DNA from: Myxococcota bacterium | Lineage (GTDB): Bacteria > Myxococcota_A > UBA9160 > UBA6930 | Reading direction: 5' to 3' | Length of the DNA stretch: 64,000 nt | NCBI GenBank assembly: GCA_965223415.1 | Contig: OZ245002.1 | Location: 1,088,001 to 1,152,000, forward strand | Shown here: positions 18,834 through 28,386 of the stretch, piece by piece | Position numbering within the stretch: the first letter of the stretch is position 1 | Layout: each line of letters begins with the position of its first letter | Program-made: the position numbers and the translations under genes | Notes under the pieces: generated by a model | Told to the model about the DNA's origin: nothing | Databases searched by the model: none | The model's input: the letters and a program-made list of their open reading frames with translations, nothing else

Positions 18834-19862
18834 ATGAAGCTTGGGTTGATGTTGGGGTATTCGGGGGCGGAGCTCTCGATTCCGATCGAGCGGGTGCGGC
18901 GGGCGGAGGCGCTCGGGTACGACTCGGTGTGGACGGCGGAGGCCTACGGCTCCGATGCGGTCACGCCGCTCGGGTGGATCGCGGCGCATACGGAGCGCAT
19001 CCGGCTGGGCACGGCGGTGATCCAGCTCGCGGGGCGGACACCGGCGATGGCGGCCATGCAGATCGGGACCCTGGACGCGCTGGCGCCGGGGCGCGCGATC
19101 GTGGGGCTCGGCGTCTCGGGCCCGCAGATCGTCGAGGGATGGTACGGCCAGCCCTGGGGCAAGCCCTATTGGCGCATCCGGGACTACGTCCAGATCATGA
19201 AGAAGGTGTTCCGCCGCGAGGCGCCCGTCGCCCACGAGGGGCGGGAGATCTCCCTGCCCTTCACGGGCCCGGGCGCGATGGGGATCGGCAAGCCCCTGCG
19301 ATCGATCCTGCACATGAATCCGAACATCCCGGTCTTCCTCGGCACCGGTACCGAGACCAACGTGCGGCTCACCGCCGAGATCGCGGACGGTTGGCTCCCC
19401 TTGAACTTCGTCCCGGGAACCCTCGGCCACTATCGGGACACGATCGAGGAAGGCTTTCGCCGCGCCGGTGGGGGCAAGGGTTGGAAGGACTTCGAGATCC
19501 AGGCGATGACGTCGGTGATCCTCACCGACGACGTGCGTGGCGCCCTGCAGGCGCCGAAGCCGAACATCGCCCTCTACGTCGGCGGCATGGGCCACCGGAA
19601 CAAGAACTTCCACAACGACATGATGGTGCGCCGCGGCTTTGGCGAGGCGGCGGCCCGCATCCAGGAGCTCTACCTCGCGGGCCGCAAGGCCGAAGCGGCG
19701 GAGGAGGTACCGGACGAGTACGTCGACGAGGGCGCCCTGATCGGTCCCGCCGAGCGCATCCGCGAGCGCTTCGGAGCGTGGGCGGACAGCGGCGTCACCG
19801 GGCTCACCGTCGCGACGAGGCAGGACGAGGCCCTCGAGCTGATGGCGAAGCTCGCCGGGTGA
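18834..19862 (+). CDS. LLM class (F420-dependent-type) oxidoreductase
   Basis: VWTAEAYGSDA, GLGVSGPQIVEGWYG, EIADGW, ALYVGGMG. Confidence 0.9.
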   Translation: MKLGLMLGYSGAELSIPIERVRRAEALGYDSVWTAEAYGSDAVTPLGWIAAHTERIRLGTAVIQLAGRTPAMAAMQIGTLDALAPGRAIVGLGVSGPQIVEGWYGQPWGKPYWRIRDYVQIMKKVFRREAPVAHEGREISLPFTGPGAMGIGKPLRSILHMNPNIPVFLGTGTETNVRLTAEIADGWLPLNFVPGTLGHYRDTIEEGFRRAGGGKGWKDFEIQAMTSVILTDDVRGALQAPKPNIALYVGGMGHRNKNFHNDMMVRRGFGEAAARIQELYLAGRKAEAAEEVPDEYVDEGALIGPAERIRERFGAWADSGVTGLTVATRQDEALELMAKLAG

Positions 19863-19868
19863 GCGTGC

Positions 19869-20606
19869 TCAGCGGGCAGCGTGCTCGGTGATCCAGCGCT
19901 CGTAGGCTCGGGGCGGCGTGAGCGCCAGGAAGTAGACGACCCCGATCGGCATCCCGAGCACACCGCTGATCACCTGCAGCACCGGATCCTGGAGCGGATC
20001 GATGCCCCAGGCCACCGAGGGCACCACCCCGCTCGTCAGCAGAAGCGCGCTCAGGCTGCTCCCGATCGCGTAGAGGAACATGCGGTTCACGAGCACCGGC
20101 TCGGCCAGTCCGAGTGCCGCCTGACGCTGGAGCCGCCCCCAGCACAGGAGTGCCTCCACTGCGACCCACGCCAGGATGGTCCCGAGCAGCGCATTCGGAA
20201 GGAGCATCGCCACGCCCGCCTCCCGGAGGGTCTCGATCGGTGCCGTCGCCGCGTGGTGCATCATCCACGCGCCCAGTGCGACCGCCGCCCCGCCGAGAAT
20301 CGTCGCGCCCACTCTCCCGACCCAGCCGTCCGGGCGAAAGACCAGCCGCAGGAAGCAAAGCACCGCGCCCCCGGCCACGAGCAGTGCGACGGAGCCGAGG
20401 GCCGCCAGCCACCGCACGGCGGTCTCCTGCACCTCCGGGACGAGGGCGGCGAACGACGCCAGGATGCCGACGCTCGAAGACAGGAACGAGAGACCGACGA
20501 AGGCCTCCGGGCCCCGGCCTTCCCCGCGGAATCGGCGCACCAATCGCACACCGAGCACCGAGCTCAGCACGACGAAGAGCAGCGCGGAAGCGGTCGCGAA
20601 CGCCAT
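19869..20606 (-). CDS. Hypothetical multi-pass membrane protein
   Basis: About 7 hydrophobic segments; sigma28-like promoter upstream. Confidence 0.65.
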   Translation of the reverse strand: MAFATASALLFVVLSSVLGVRLVRRFRGEGRGPEAFVGLSFLSSSVGILASFAALVPEVQETAVRWLAALGSVALLVAGGAVLCFLRLVFRPDGWVGRVGATILGGAAVALGAWMMHHAATAPIETLREAGVAMLLPNALLGTILAWVAVEALLCWGRLQRQAALGLAEPVLVNRMFLYAIGSSLSALLLTSGVVPSVAWGIDPLQDPVLQVISGVLGMPIGVVYFLALTPPRAYERWITEHAAR

Positions 20607-20790
20607 GGCTAGCCATCCTTTCGGAGGCGACGGCGGGGGCTTTGAGGTCGCCGGCGACGATTCACCATGGCGCCGGGCCCGGGCGCGGGCCTTTCCCCGA
20701 CCCGGGCCTCGGCGAACCCGCCCAGCGCACTGGGGCCCAGGCCCGAGGAGGCCCCCTCAAGCCATCGGCGGATCGGTCGAAGACGAGGAC

Positions 20791-21465
20791 ATGCCGCCTC
20801 GAGGCACGTCCCACCGCCGGCCCCCCCGCGCGATCCCGGTCGCCCTGGCCGCCGCGGCGATCGCCTGCGCCACGCCGCCGCCCTCCCGGGAGCCCGGCAT
20901 CGACGCGGAGATCTACCGCCGGGCCGAGACCCACCGCGCCGAGCTCCTCGAGCGGGAGCTGACGCGGCTCCGCGCCGACCTGCGCCGCGCGGAGGAGACG
21001 CTGGTGGCCGTGGAGTCCGGCCTGCGCAGTCGCCAGGGTCGTGCAGACGCGGTGTCGGCCCTGGCCCAGGCGCACATCGAGGTCGAGCGCGCCGCGCAGC
21101 AGGGCCCCTGGCGCGGGGCGGAGATCGCCGAGGCCCGGAGCAAGCTGGACGAAGCGGACGCCCAGATCCGCGAGGGCCACTTCGGCGCGGGCCTGTTCTT
21201 CGTCTATCGGGCGAGCCGCCTCGCGGCGCTCGTCTCCGAAGAGGCACGCCAGGTCCGAGAGCTGCCGGGGGCCTCGTTCGTCGACGGAAGCCGCGTCAAC
21301 CTGCGCGCGGGCCCCTCGACGAACGACCAGGTCGTCGCCGTGCTGACCCGGGGAACCCCGGTCTTCGCGGAGGCCGAGGAGGCCGGGTGGGTGCTGGTGC
21401 GCACCACCGCCGGCCCGGTCGGCTGGATCCACAGGGATCTGCTCCGGCCGCCCGAGCCGCCCTAG
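20791..21465 (+). CDS. Lipoprotein with coiled-coil and C-terminal bacterial SH3 domain
   Basis: AAIAC lipobox; VNLRAGPSTNDQVVAVL..GWVLV..GWIH. Confidence 0.8.
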   Translation: MPPRGTSHRRPPRAIPVALAAAAIACATPPPSREPGIDAEIYRRAETHRAELLERELTRLRADLRRAEETLVAVESGLRSRQGRADAVSALAQAHIEVERAAQQGPWRGAEIAEARSKLDEADAQIREGHFGAGLFFVYRASRLAALVSEEARQVRELPGASFVDGSRVNLRAGPSTNDQVVAVLTRGTPVFAEAEEAGWVLVRTTAGPVGWIHRDLLRPPEPP

Positions 21466-21485
21466 CCGCGCCCGGCGCGGAGGCG

Positions 21486-23108
21486 TCAGCCGTCCGCGGC
21501 GACCACGACGCAGTCCCGTCCGTCTTCCTTCGCCGCATAGAGCGCCCGGTCCGCATCGCGGAAGAGCCGTTCGGGGCAGCCGTCGTAGACGGCCACCCCG
21601 AACGAAGCCGTGAGGTCCCGCTCGTGGCGATGGGCCGCCTCGCGCACGGCGCCGCGCATCCGCTCGGCCAGCACCTGGGCATCGTCCCGGCCGGTCTCCG
21701 GCGCGAGCACCGCGAACTCCTCGCCGCCGTAGCGGGCCAGCAGGTCCGCGTCGCGGGTCTGCGCCGACATCGAGCCCGCCACGAGCGCCAGGATCTCGTC
21801 GCCGACCGCGTGACCCAGCTCGTCGTTCCAGGCTTTGAAGTGGTCGATGTCCGCGAGGATGAGGGCCAGGGGACGGCCGGTGCGCTCGGCCCGGCGCACC
21901 TCCTTCACCAGCTGGTCCTGGAAGTAGCGGTGGTTGTGCAGCTTGGTGAGGCCGTCGGTGATCGAGAGCTGCTCGAGCACCTCGTTGGCGCGCTGCAGCT
22001 CGTCGTTCTTGGCGACCAGCTCCTGGTTCGTGCTCGCCAGGCTGACGGTCATCGCGCGGAATGCCCGGGTGAGCACACCGACCTCGTCTTCGCTCCGCTC
22101 CTCCGGCAGCTCGTCCGGGTCCCCGCCCTCGGAGATGCGCTGGGCCGCCTGGGACAACGCTTCGATCGGGCGGGTGATCGAGCTGACGAGCCGGAAGGCC
22201 GCGAGCGCCAGTGCGCCGACAACCAGCAGGTCGATGGCCAGGATGCGCCGGATCGTCGAGGCCACCGGGGCGAAGGCCTCGGCGTAGGGCACCTGGATCA
22301 TCAGGGTCCAGTCGAGGCGGTCGAGGGTGCGCAGGCTGCCCACCTGGCGCACGCCCGCCGCGTCCACCTGGTCGGTCACTGCCTCGTCGCGCGCCAGCTC
22401 GGGCAACCCCTCCTCGAGCTCCCGACCGACCGCGTCCGGCCGGGTCGACGAGACCACGCGTTCCCGCGCGTCGAGCACGTCGAGGTGACCGGCCGCGGCC
22501 AGCTCGATCTGCGCGAGCTCGGCGTCGAGCGCGTCCAGGCTCAGCAGGGCGTGCAGGCTGCCGACCCGGCGGCCCTGGAGATCCTCGAGCGACGCCGACA
22601 CCACCTGGAAGCGCCGGCCCTCGGCCCAGGCCAGGCCACCGACGCGGACCTCGGCCGCAGGGACAGGGCCCGTTAGCGCGCCGGCCGGGAGAGCGACGTC
22701 GTCTCCGACCCAACGCAGCGTCGCGCCCTCTGGATCCCGCAGGAACAGCGCACGGAACTGGGGGAATCCGTCGAGGACGTAGCGAAGGTACTGGTCGATC
22801 TCCGCCGCCGCGCGCTGGGCAGCACCGGATCCGGCGCCGAGGCGCCCGGTGTTGGCGCGAAGGATGTCACTGCGCGCGAACACACCCACGTCCATCTCGC
22901 GCTGCTGGTACCAGAGGTCGATGCGCTTGGTCGCGGCGGCTAGCACCGACGGGAACGATTGCTCGATCTCGCTGCGCAGGAAGGCGTCGAGCGAGCGCAC
23001 GGAGATGGCCGTCACCGTGACGGAGGTGAGCACCGTCGCGCCCAGCACCAACAGCGAGATCCGCGCGGGTAGGCTTCGCGACGGATGGAGCCATCGGGCT
23101 GCCGACAC
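21486..23108 (-). CDS. Membrane diguanylate cyclase (Cache-like sensor, HAMP, GGDEF)
   Basis: Two TMs, RSEDEVGVL HAMP, TDGLTKLHN, RDAD I-site, GGEEF. Confidence 0.92.
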   Translation of the reverse strand: MSAARWLHPSRSLPARISLLVLGATVLTSVTVTAISVRSLDAFLRSEIEQSFPSVLAAATKRIDLWYQQREMDVGVFARSDILRANTGRLGAGSGAAQRAAAEIDQYLRYVLDGFPQFRALFLRDPEGATLRWVGDDVALPAGALTGPVPAAEVRVGGLAWAEGRRFQVVSASLEDLQGRRVGSLHALLSLDALDAELAQIELAAAGHLDVLDARERVVSSTRPDAVGRELEEGLPELARDEAVTDQVDAAGVRQVGSLRTLDRLDWTLMIQVPYAEAFAPVASTIRRILAIDLLVVGALALAAFRLVSSITRPIEALSQAAQRISEGGDPDELPEERSEDEVGVLTRAFRAMTVSLASTNQELVAKNDELQRANEVLEQLSITDGLTKLHNHRYFQDQLVKEVRRAERTGRPLALILADIDHFKAWNDELGHAVGDEILALVAGSMSAQTRDADLLARYGGEEFAVLAPETGRDDAQVLAERMRGAVREAAHRHERDLTASFGVAVYDGCPERLFRDADRALYAAKEDGRDCVVVAADG

Positions 23109-23160
23109 GTTCTTCCCCTCCGGACGCCGCCCGGTCTTCGGCGGACCCTGGAGGGGACGG

Positions 23161-23186
23161 ATCGGCTCGGTGGGCCCGGCCCTTGA
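23161..23186 (-). promoter_or_regulatory. sigma28/FliA-like promoter
   Basis: TCAAG-N15-GCCGAT upstream of the DGC at 23108. Confidence 0.6.
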
Positions 23187-23194
23187 GTCGAACT

Positions 23195-23234
23195 CCCCCC
23201 CCCCCCCCCCCCCGGGGGGGGGGGGGGGGGGGGG
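23195..23234. repeat. C19-G21 homopolymer palindrome (possible artefact)
   Basis: 19 C directly followed by 21 G. Confidence 0.8.
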
Positions 23235-23335
23235 CGGCCTTCGAGCGGCCCCCTCAGCGAACGCCCCAGGTGGGAGGCCGACCTTCTGCCCTGGGGCCGG
23301 CCGCGCGACCTGCCGATGAGGGAACGAGGCCCCGT

Positions 23336-24442
23336 ATGCCCGCCTCCGACACGCTTCCGGAAGAGCAGCTCGCGTTGCTGGGCGAGAACAGTCGCCTGCA
23401 ACTCCGTCGCCGCCTGACCTCGGCCACGGCCGCGGCCGCCTGCGCCTTGAGCACCGCGCTGTGGGCGTTCGAGCTCTACAAGGGCCGGCCAGATCCCTTC
23501 GAGCTCTTCGCGCTGCCCGCCCTCGCCGTGGCGAGCGGCGCCCTCGCCCTGCTCCTGCGCACCCGCCTGGCCGCGTCGGCGGAGGTGCTCATGGTGCTCA
23601 TGGGGGCCTGCGCCCTCCTCGAGCGCTTCCACTTCACCCTCCAGGGCGGCGATCCCCTGCTCGAGCGGGTCGTGAACGCCTACGAGATCCTGGCCTGGTT
23701 CCCGACCGTCTACCTGTTCGCCTTCGTGGTGATGCCGAAGCGCCGGGCGGTGGTGTTGAGCTGCGGCCTCCTCTTCGCCAGTGCGGCCCTCCTCGGGACG
23801 GGCGGCGACGGCCCCGCGGCCCGGCTCGCCCGTCTCGACGTGGCCGAGGTCTACCTGGCGAACCTCGCGTGCATCGGCTTCGTCTTCCTGCTCTCCTCGC
23901 TCCGCGAACGTTACGCGGAGACCCACGACGCCGCCGTGGCCCTGCGCCGCTTCGCCGAGACGGACTACCTGACGGGCCTGGCCAACCGCCGCCACCTCTC
24001 CCACGAGCTGGAGCAGGCCATCGCCCACGCGGAGCGCGTCGGCGAGCCACTGTGCGTGATCCTGTTCGACATCGACCGCTTCAAGCGGATCAACGACCGC
24101 TTCGGCCACGAGGCGGGCGATCGCGTCCTGCAGCGCGTCTCCAAGATCGCGGAGGCTTCGCTGCGCGGACGCGATCTGCTGGGGCGCTGGGGGGGCGAGG
24201 AGTTCCTGATCGTCCTGCCCGGCATGGAGACCGAGCCCGCCGTCGGTGTCGCCGAACGGATCCGCCGCGTGCTGGACGCCCAGGCGACCGTCGGTACGCC
24301 CCGGGCCACGGCCAGCTTCGGCGTCAGCCGCCTCCGGGAGGGCGACGACCCGGATTCGCTGGTGCGGCGCGCCGACGAGGCCCTGCTCGACGCCAAGATC
24401 GGGGGCCGGAACCAGGTCCTGACCGTCGAGACCGCGGTCTGA
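23336..24442 (+). CDS. Membrane diguanylate cyclase (GGDEF)
   Basis: N-terminal TMs, TDYLTGLANRR, DIDRFKRINDRFGH, GGEEF. Confidence 0.92.
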   Translation: MPASDTLPEEQLALLGENSRLQLRRRLTSATAAAACALSTALWAFELYKGRPDPFELFALPALAVASGALALLLRTRLAASAEVLMVLMGACALLERFHFTLQGGDPLLERVVNAYEILAWFPTVYLFAFVVMPKRRAVVLSCGLLFASAALLGTGGDGPAARLARLDVAEVYLANLACIGFVFLLSSLRERYAETHDAAVALRRFAETDYLTGLANRRHLSHELEQAIAHAERVGEPLCVILFDIDRFKRINDRFGHEAGDRVLQRVSKIAEASLRGRDLLGRWGGEEFLIVLPGMETEPAVGVAERIRRVLDAQATVGTPRATASFGVSRLREGDDPDSLVRRADEALLDAKIGGRNQVLTVETAV

Positions 24443-24471
24443 TTGACACCCCCCGAGGGCGTGTCTAGCCT
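24443..24471 (+). promoter_or_regulatory. sigma70 promoter of tRNA-His
   Basis: TTGACA-N17-TAGCCT. Confidence 0.7.
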
Positions 24472-24483
24472 CGCTCCTCCGGC

Positions 24484-24561
24484 GGTGGGCGTAGCTCAGT
24501 TGGTTAGAGCGCCAGGTTGTGGCCCTGGAGGTCGGGGGTTCGATTCCCCTCGCTCACCCCA
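24484..24561 (+). tRNA. tRNA-His(GTG)
   Basis: G-1, GTGGGCGTAGCTCAGTTGG, CCAGG-TT-GTG-GC-CCTGG, GGTTCGATTCC, CCA end. Confidence 0.95.
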
Positions 24562-24581
24562 CCCCGCCCCTCATCCCGCGC

Positions 24582-24872
24582 CTAGAACACGACGTCGAGC
24601 ACGACGCCCAGGATCCGGAACGGCAACGCGATCACCTGCCCCACCGCTCCGAAGCCGCAGCTGACGATGCCGCCGCAGCCGTGCGAGTCCGGCTTCTCCT
24701 TGCGGGTCTCCCGGCTGACGAGCTCGCAGTCCCGCTCGCCGGTGGCGTCGGCGGGCGCGCACTCGTAGGTCTCGGTGGTCGTCACGGTGCGGGTGGGCGT
24801 GCTGCAGGCCGTCCCGACGAGCAGGCAGGCTGCGAGCAGGGCAAGGGCGATGCGGCGGCTTCGATGGCGCAT
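24582..24872 (-). CDS. Small lipoprotein
   Basis: MRHRSRR plus hydrophobic stretch and GTAC lipobox; sigma54-like CGGCAC-N5-TTGC at 24905-24920. Confidence 0.7.
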   Translation of the reverse strand: MRHRSRRIALALLAACLLVGTACSTPTRTVTTTETYECAPADATGERDCELVSRETRKEKPDSHGCGGIVSCGFGAVGQVIALPFRILGVVLDVVF

Positions 24873-25090
24873 GTCGGTCCTCCCGGTGGCGTGGCCCGGA
24901 AGAGAGCAACCTGCGTGCCGGCCGGTACGACCCCTGGCGGCCTCACGCCCGCCGGAGCTGCAAGCGCAGCGCTTCACGTGCAGCGTGATGGCTGCAGTCG
25001 CGCCCCAGCCGTGAAACGTTTCCACCCGCTGCCGTGTCCTATCGAGGGGTGGGGGCAGGAAGAGCTGTCACTGTGCCGGTTCCGTGTTGG

Positions 25091-26385
25091 ATGCGCTGTT
25101 TCCTGGCCGTGTCTCTGCTCCTTGCAGTGCCGGTGACCGGGTCGGCCTCGCCCCCGAAGCTTCGACCCGTCTCCCTGGAGCTCTACGACGAGCCCTTTGC
25201 CGTCGGCCCGGACGATCCCCGGCTGAGCGTCACGCAGATGAACCGGGCCGCCATGGGGTTTCCCCTCCACGGGTTCCTGGCGCATCGCTTGTGCCGCGGC
25301 GACGCTTCGCTTCGAGAAGACCTGCTGGCATCGCTGCGCCGCCTCCCGGAGAAGCCCGGGAGCGGGGCCCGGTGGTGGTCTCCGATCGCCTGGCGACAAC
25401 GACGCCCACGTCGCGCTGCTCCAGGCGTGCAGCGACCCCCTGGCGCTCTGCGACTGGCTCCGCCGGGCGATCCCACGGGAGCGTGCGCATCCGGGCCTCC
25501 CGCTCCTCTGGTCGAGACTCGCCTCTTGCGGCGACCCTCCTTCGCTACGCGACCGTGGTCGGCCCCGACGGTCTTCCTTCGGCTCGTGTGGAGCGGATCC
25601 TGCGGGAGCGTCTCACCCGGAGAGACCCGGCGAGCGTCGGCGAGGCGGTCACGGCCCTGGCCGCGCTGGATCGTCCGGAGACGGTCCTCACGCTGGCCGA
25701 GCTCCTGGCGAACCCGCCGGACCCGTCTCACCGCACCACCATCGCCCACGCCCTGATGAGATCCCGCCATTCCATGGGCGTCGAGATCGGTGTCGCTGCG
25801 TGCGGCCGGCTCCTGGCGGACCGGATCGCGGCTTGGCAGAAACGGGGCGCACCGCTGCGCGGAGCCCCGACTCGCTGGGGCGATCCCTGCTCCCTGGGAC
25901 AGAACGAACTGTTCCCCAGATCCGAGTGGCGGGCCCAACGCCCCGAGCGCGGTCCGCGGGGCACACACGACGCGATCTGGCCCAGGGGCCTCGCCACGGC
26001 GCTGCGGAATCTCACGCTCCGGGTCCGGCCTGATCTCGACGCCGCGATCGTCGTCGAGCGGTTCCCGGCGCTGGACGCACTCACCCCGCCCGAAGGACAT
26101 CGTCCCTATCAGCTGTTCGTGAACGGAGATGCCTACGTCGTCCCCATCGCAGGGCCCGGCAGCGAACCGGCACCGGAGGAGATCGCCCGACTCTCGGCCC
26201 GGATCGAGGAGGCGCTCGAGCAGCCGCGCACCCTGGAGGTGTACCTGGACGGGCGCCGCCACTCCCTGGAGTACGTGCCGGGCGAGCCAGTGGATCTCGC
26301 GGGCTTCCTGAACCGCGTGCTGGTCGCCTCCGGGAGCTCCCGACAGCTGCTCCCGGGCGCGGGGCTCCACACCCTTCACCGCTGA
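25091..26385 (+). pseudogene. Frameshifted secreted protein with HEAT-like segment
   Basis: Signal peptide in one frame; protein-like sequence switches frame near 25388 and again near 25535. Confidence 0.5.
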
Positions 26386-26398
26386 CGGCCGCCCCCGC

Positions 26399-27508
26399 TC
26401 AGTCCTGGTCGAGCTCTGGAATCACGTACTTCCCAAGGTGCTCGATCGAGCTCATCACCTGCTCGTGGGTCATGTTGTAGGGGTTCAGGAGGCAGAAGAG
26501 CAGATCGCAGCCGGCCGCTTCGTAGCGCTTGGCGATCTCGATGCAGCGGTCCGGGTCTCCGACCATCGCCGCGCCCACTTCCTTGATGTAGTCCATCGTG
26601 ATCAGGTCGGAGGCGCCGCTCTTCACGACCTCCTTGGACTGCTCGGTGTAGTGGTAGGTGCCGAGGTCCTCCTGGAACTGGCGGGCGTAATCGGCGGTCT
26701 CGCTGATGATCCGGACACCGTGCTTCGGATACCAGACCATCGACTCCTCCGCGTCGGCGCAGGCCTGCTCGGTGGTCGCGGCGCAGTGGGCCATGGTGAA
26801 GGTCACGACGCGTTCGTTGCGCAGCTTGCCCTTCGGCTTCGTGCACTCGGCCTGGCCCTTGCGGTAGGCGGCGATGCGCGGGATCAGGTCCTCCGGCGGC
26901 ACGCCCACGGCGAAGGAGAGCAGCCCCGCGCCCATCTTGCCCACCTCGAAGTGGCCGTCCTCGCTGGTCGTCGCGGACCAGATCGGCGGGTGCGGGTCCT
27001 GCACCGGCTTCGGGTGAACGCGGCGCCTCGGCATCGACCAGTACTTGCCTTCGAACTCCGCCTCGTCCTCGGTCCAGCACTGCACGATGTGGTCGATGGC
27101 CTCGCCTAGCATCTCCCGGGTCTCGTGAGGGTTGATGCCGAAGCCCTCGAGCTCGAGGCGGGTGGCGGACCGGCCGGTGCCGAACTCGACCCGCCCGCCC
27201 GAGAGGTTGTCGAGCATCGCCACGCTCTCGGCGGTGCGCACCGGATGGTTGTAGGGCTTCGGCGTGAGGCGCACGCCGTAGCCGATGCGCAGGGTCGAGG
27301 TGCGTGCGGCGACCGCGCCGTAGAGGATCTCTGGGTTCGAGCAGTGGGAGAACTCGTCGAGGAAGTGGTGCTCCACGGTCCAGAAGGAATGGAAGCCCAT
27401 CTGCTCGGCGAACACGGCCTGGTCCACCGTGTTCTGGATGGCGGCCTGCTCCTTGCCCGGCGTCCAGGGGCGGGGAACGGGGATCTCGTAGAAGACGGCG
27501 AACTTCAT
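26399..27508 (-). CDS. LLM class flavin-dependent oxidoreductase
   Basis: WTVEHHFLDEFSH, NHPVRTAE, GRVEFGTGRS, PKPVQDPHPP. Confidence 0.92.
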   Translation of the reverse strand: MKFAVFYEIPVPRPWTPGKEQAAIQNTVDQAVFAEQMGFHSFWTVEHHFLDEFSHCSNPEILYGAVAARTSTLRIGYGVRLTPKPYNHPVRTAESVAMLDNLSGGRVEFGTGRSATRLELEGFGINPHETREMLGEAIDHIVQCWTEDEAEFEGKYWSMPRRRVHPKPVQDPHPPIWSATTSEDGHFEVGKMGAGLLSFAVGVPPEDLIPRIAAYRKGQAECTKPKGKLRNERVVTFTMAHCAATTEQACADAEESMVWYPKHGVRIISETADYARQFQEDLGTYHYTEQSKEVVKSGASDLITMDYIKEVGAAMVGDPDRCIEIAKRYEAAGCDLLFCLLNPYNMTHEQVMSSIEHLGKYVIPELDQD

Positions 27509-28332
27509 TTCGGATCCTCGAACTTCGGCTCACGCTTCTCCATGTTGGACTTCACGGCCTCGATCTGGTTCGAGGAGCCGATCAGGCCCTTCTGGATCTC
27601 GGACTCGAGCTTCAGGCTGTCTCGGACCGAGCCGGACAGGGCCTCGTTCCAGAGGCGCTTGGCGGCGCGCACCGCGTCCGGGCTGCGCACGGCGATCTCG
27701 CGCGCGAGCTGCAAGGCGGCGGCGTGGGGATCGTCTGCCACGTGGGTGGCGATCCGCAGCTCCTTCGCCTCCGTGCCGGACAGCTCCCGTGCGGTGAAGG
27801 TCAGCTCCTTCAGCACGTCCAGCGGGACCACGTTGCGGGCCGTCGCCGTGATGGCGACGTCGGGAATCAGTCCCCAGTGGCTCTCGCGAAGGGAGAGCCG
27901 TGCGTCGGGGGCGACGAAGCGGATGTCGGCGCCCATCGCGAGCTGGAAGCCGGCGCCGAAGGCGACACCGTGCACGGCCGCGATCACGGGCACCGGCACC
28001 TCCTGCCACACCCACGCGCAGCGCTGGGCGAAGTTGGCGGGGCTGTCGGGGGCGCGGTCGAGCAGGCCCGGGCCCTTCTGCTCGGAGCGCGCCCCGCCTC
28101 CCCCGCCGCCGAGGGCAGCCATGCTGGCCATGTCGAGTCCGGCGCTGAACGCCCGCCCCTCGCCGGACAGCACGACGGCCCGGACCCTGCGGTCGTCGGC
28201 GAGCTCGAGACCGGCGTCGATCAACGCCGCGAACATGTCCGGGTCGAGGGCGTTCATCTTGTCGACCCGCACCATACGGACGTCGGCGACACCGTCCTTC
28301 CGTTCGATGCGGACGCGCTCTTCCTTCGACAT
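27505..28332 (-). CDS. Enoyl-CoA hydratase/isomerase
   Basis: KMNALD, AFSAGLD, VIAAVHGVAFGAG, WGLIPD. Confidence 0.9.
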   Translation of the reverse strand: MSKEERVRIERKDGVADVRMVRVDKMNALDPDMFAALIDAGLELADDRRVRAVVLSGEGRAFSAGLDMASMAALGGGGGGARSEQKGPGLLDRAPDSPANFAQRCAWVWQEVPVPVIAAVHGVAFGAGFQLAMGADIRFVAPDARLSLRESHWGLIPDVAITATARNVVPLDVLKELTFTARELSGTEAKELRIATHVADDPHAAALQLAREIAVRSPDAVRAAKRLWNEALSGSVRDSLKLESEIQKGLIGSSNQIEAVKSNMEKREPKFEDPK

Positions 28333-28386
28333 GGGGCAGCTCTCCTGGAAATGACACCGGGCCTGCCAGTATGGCACACTCCCTTC

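Noticed and set aside
24484..26385. Integrated element at tRNA-His
   Set aside because: No integrase, no duplicated tRNA 3' end and no obvious compositional shift
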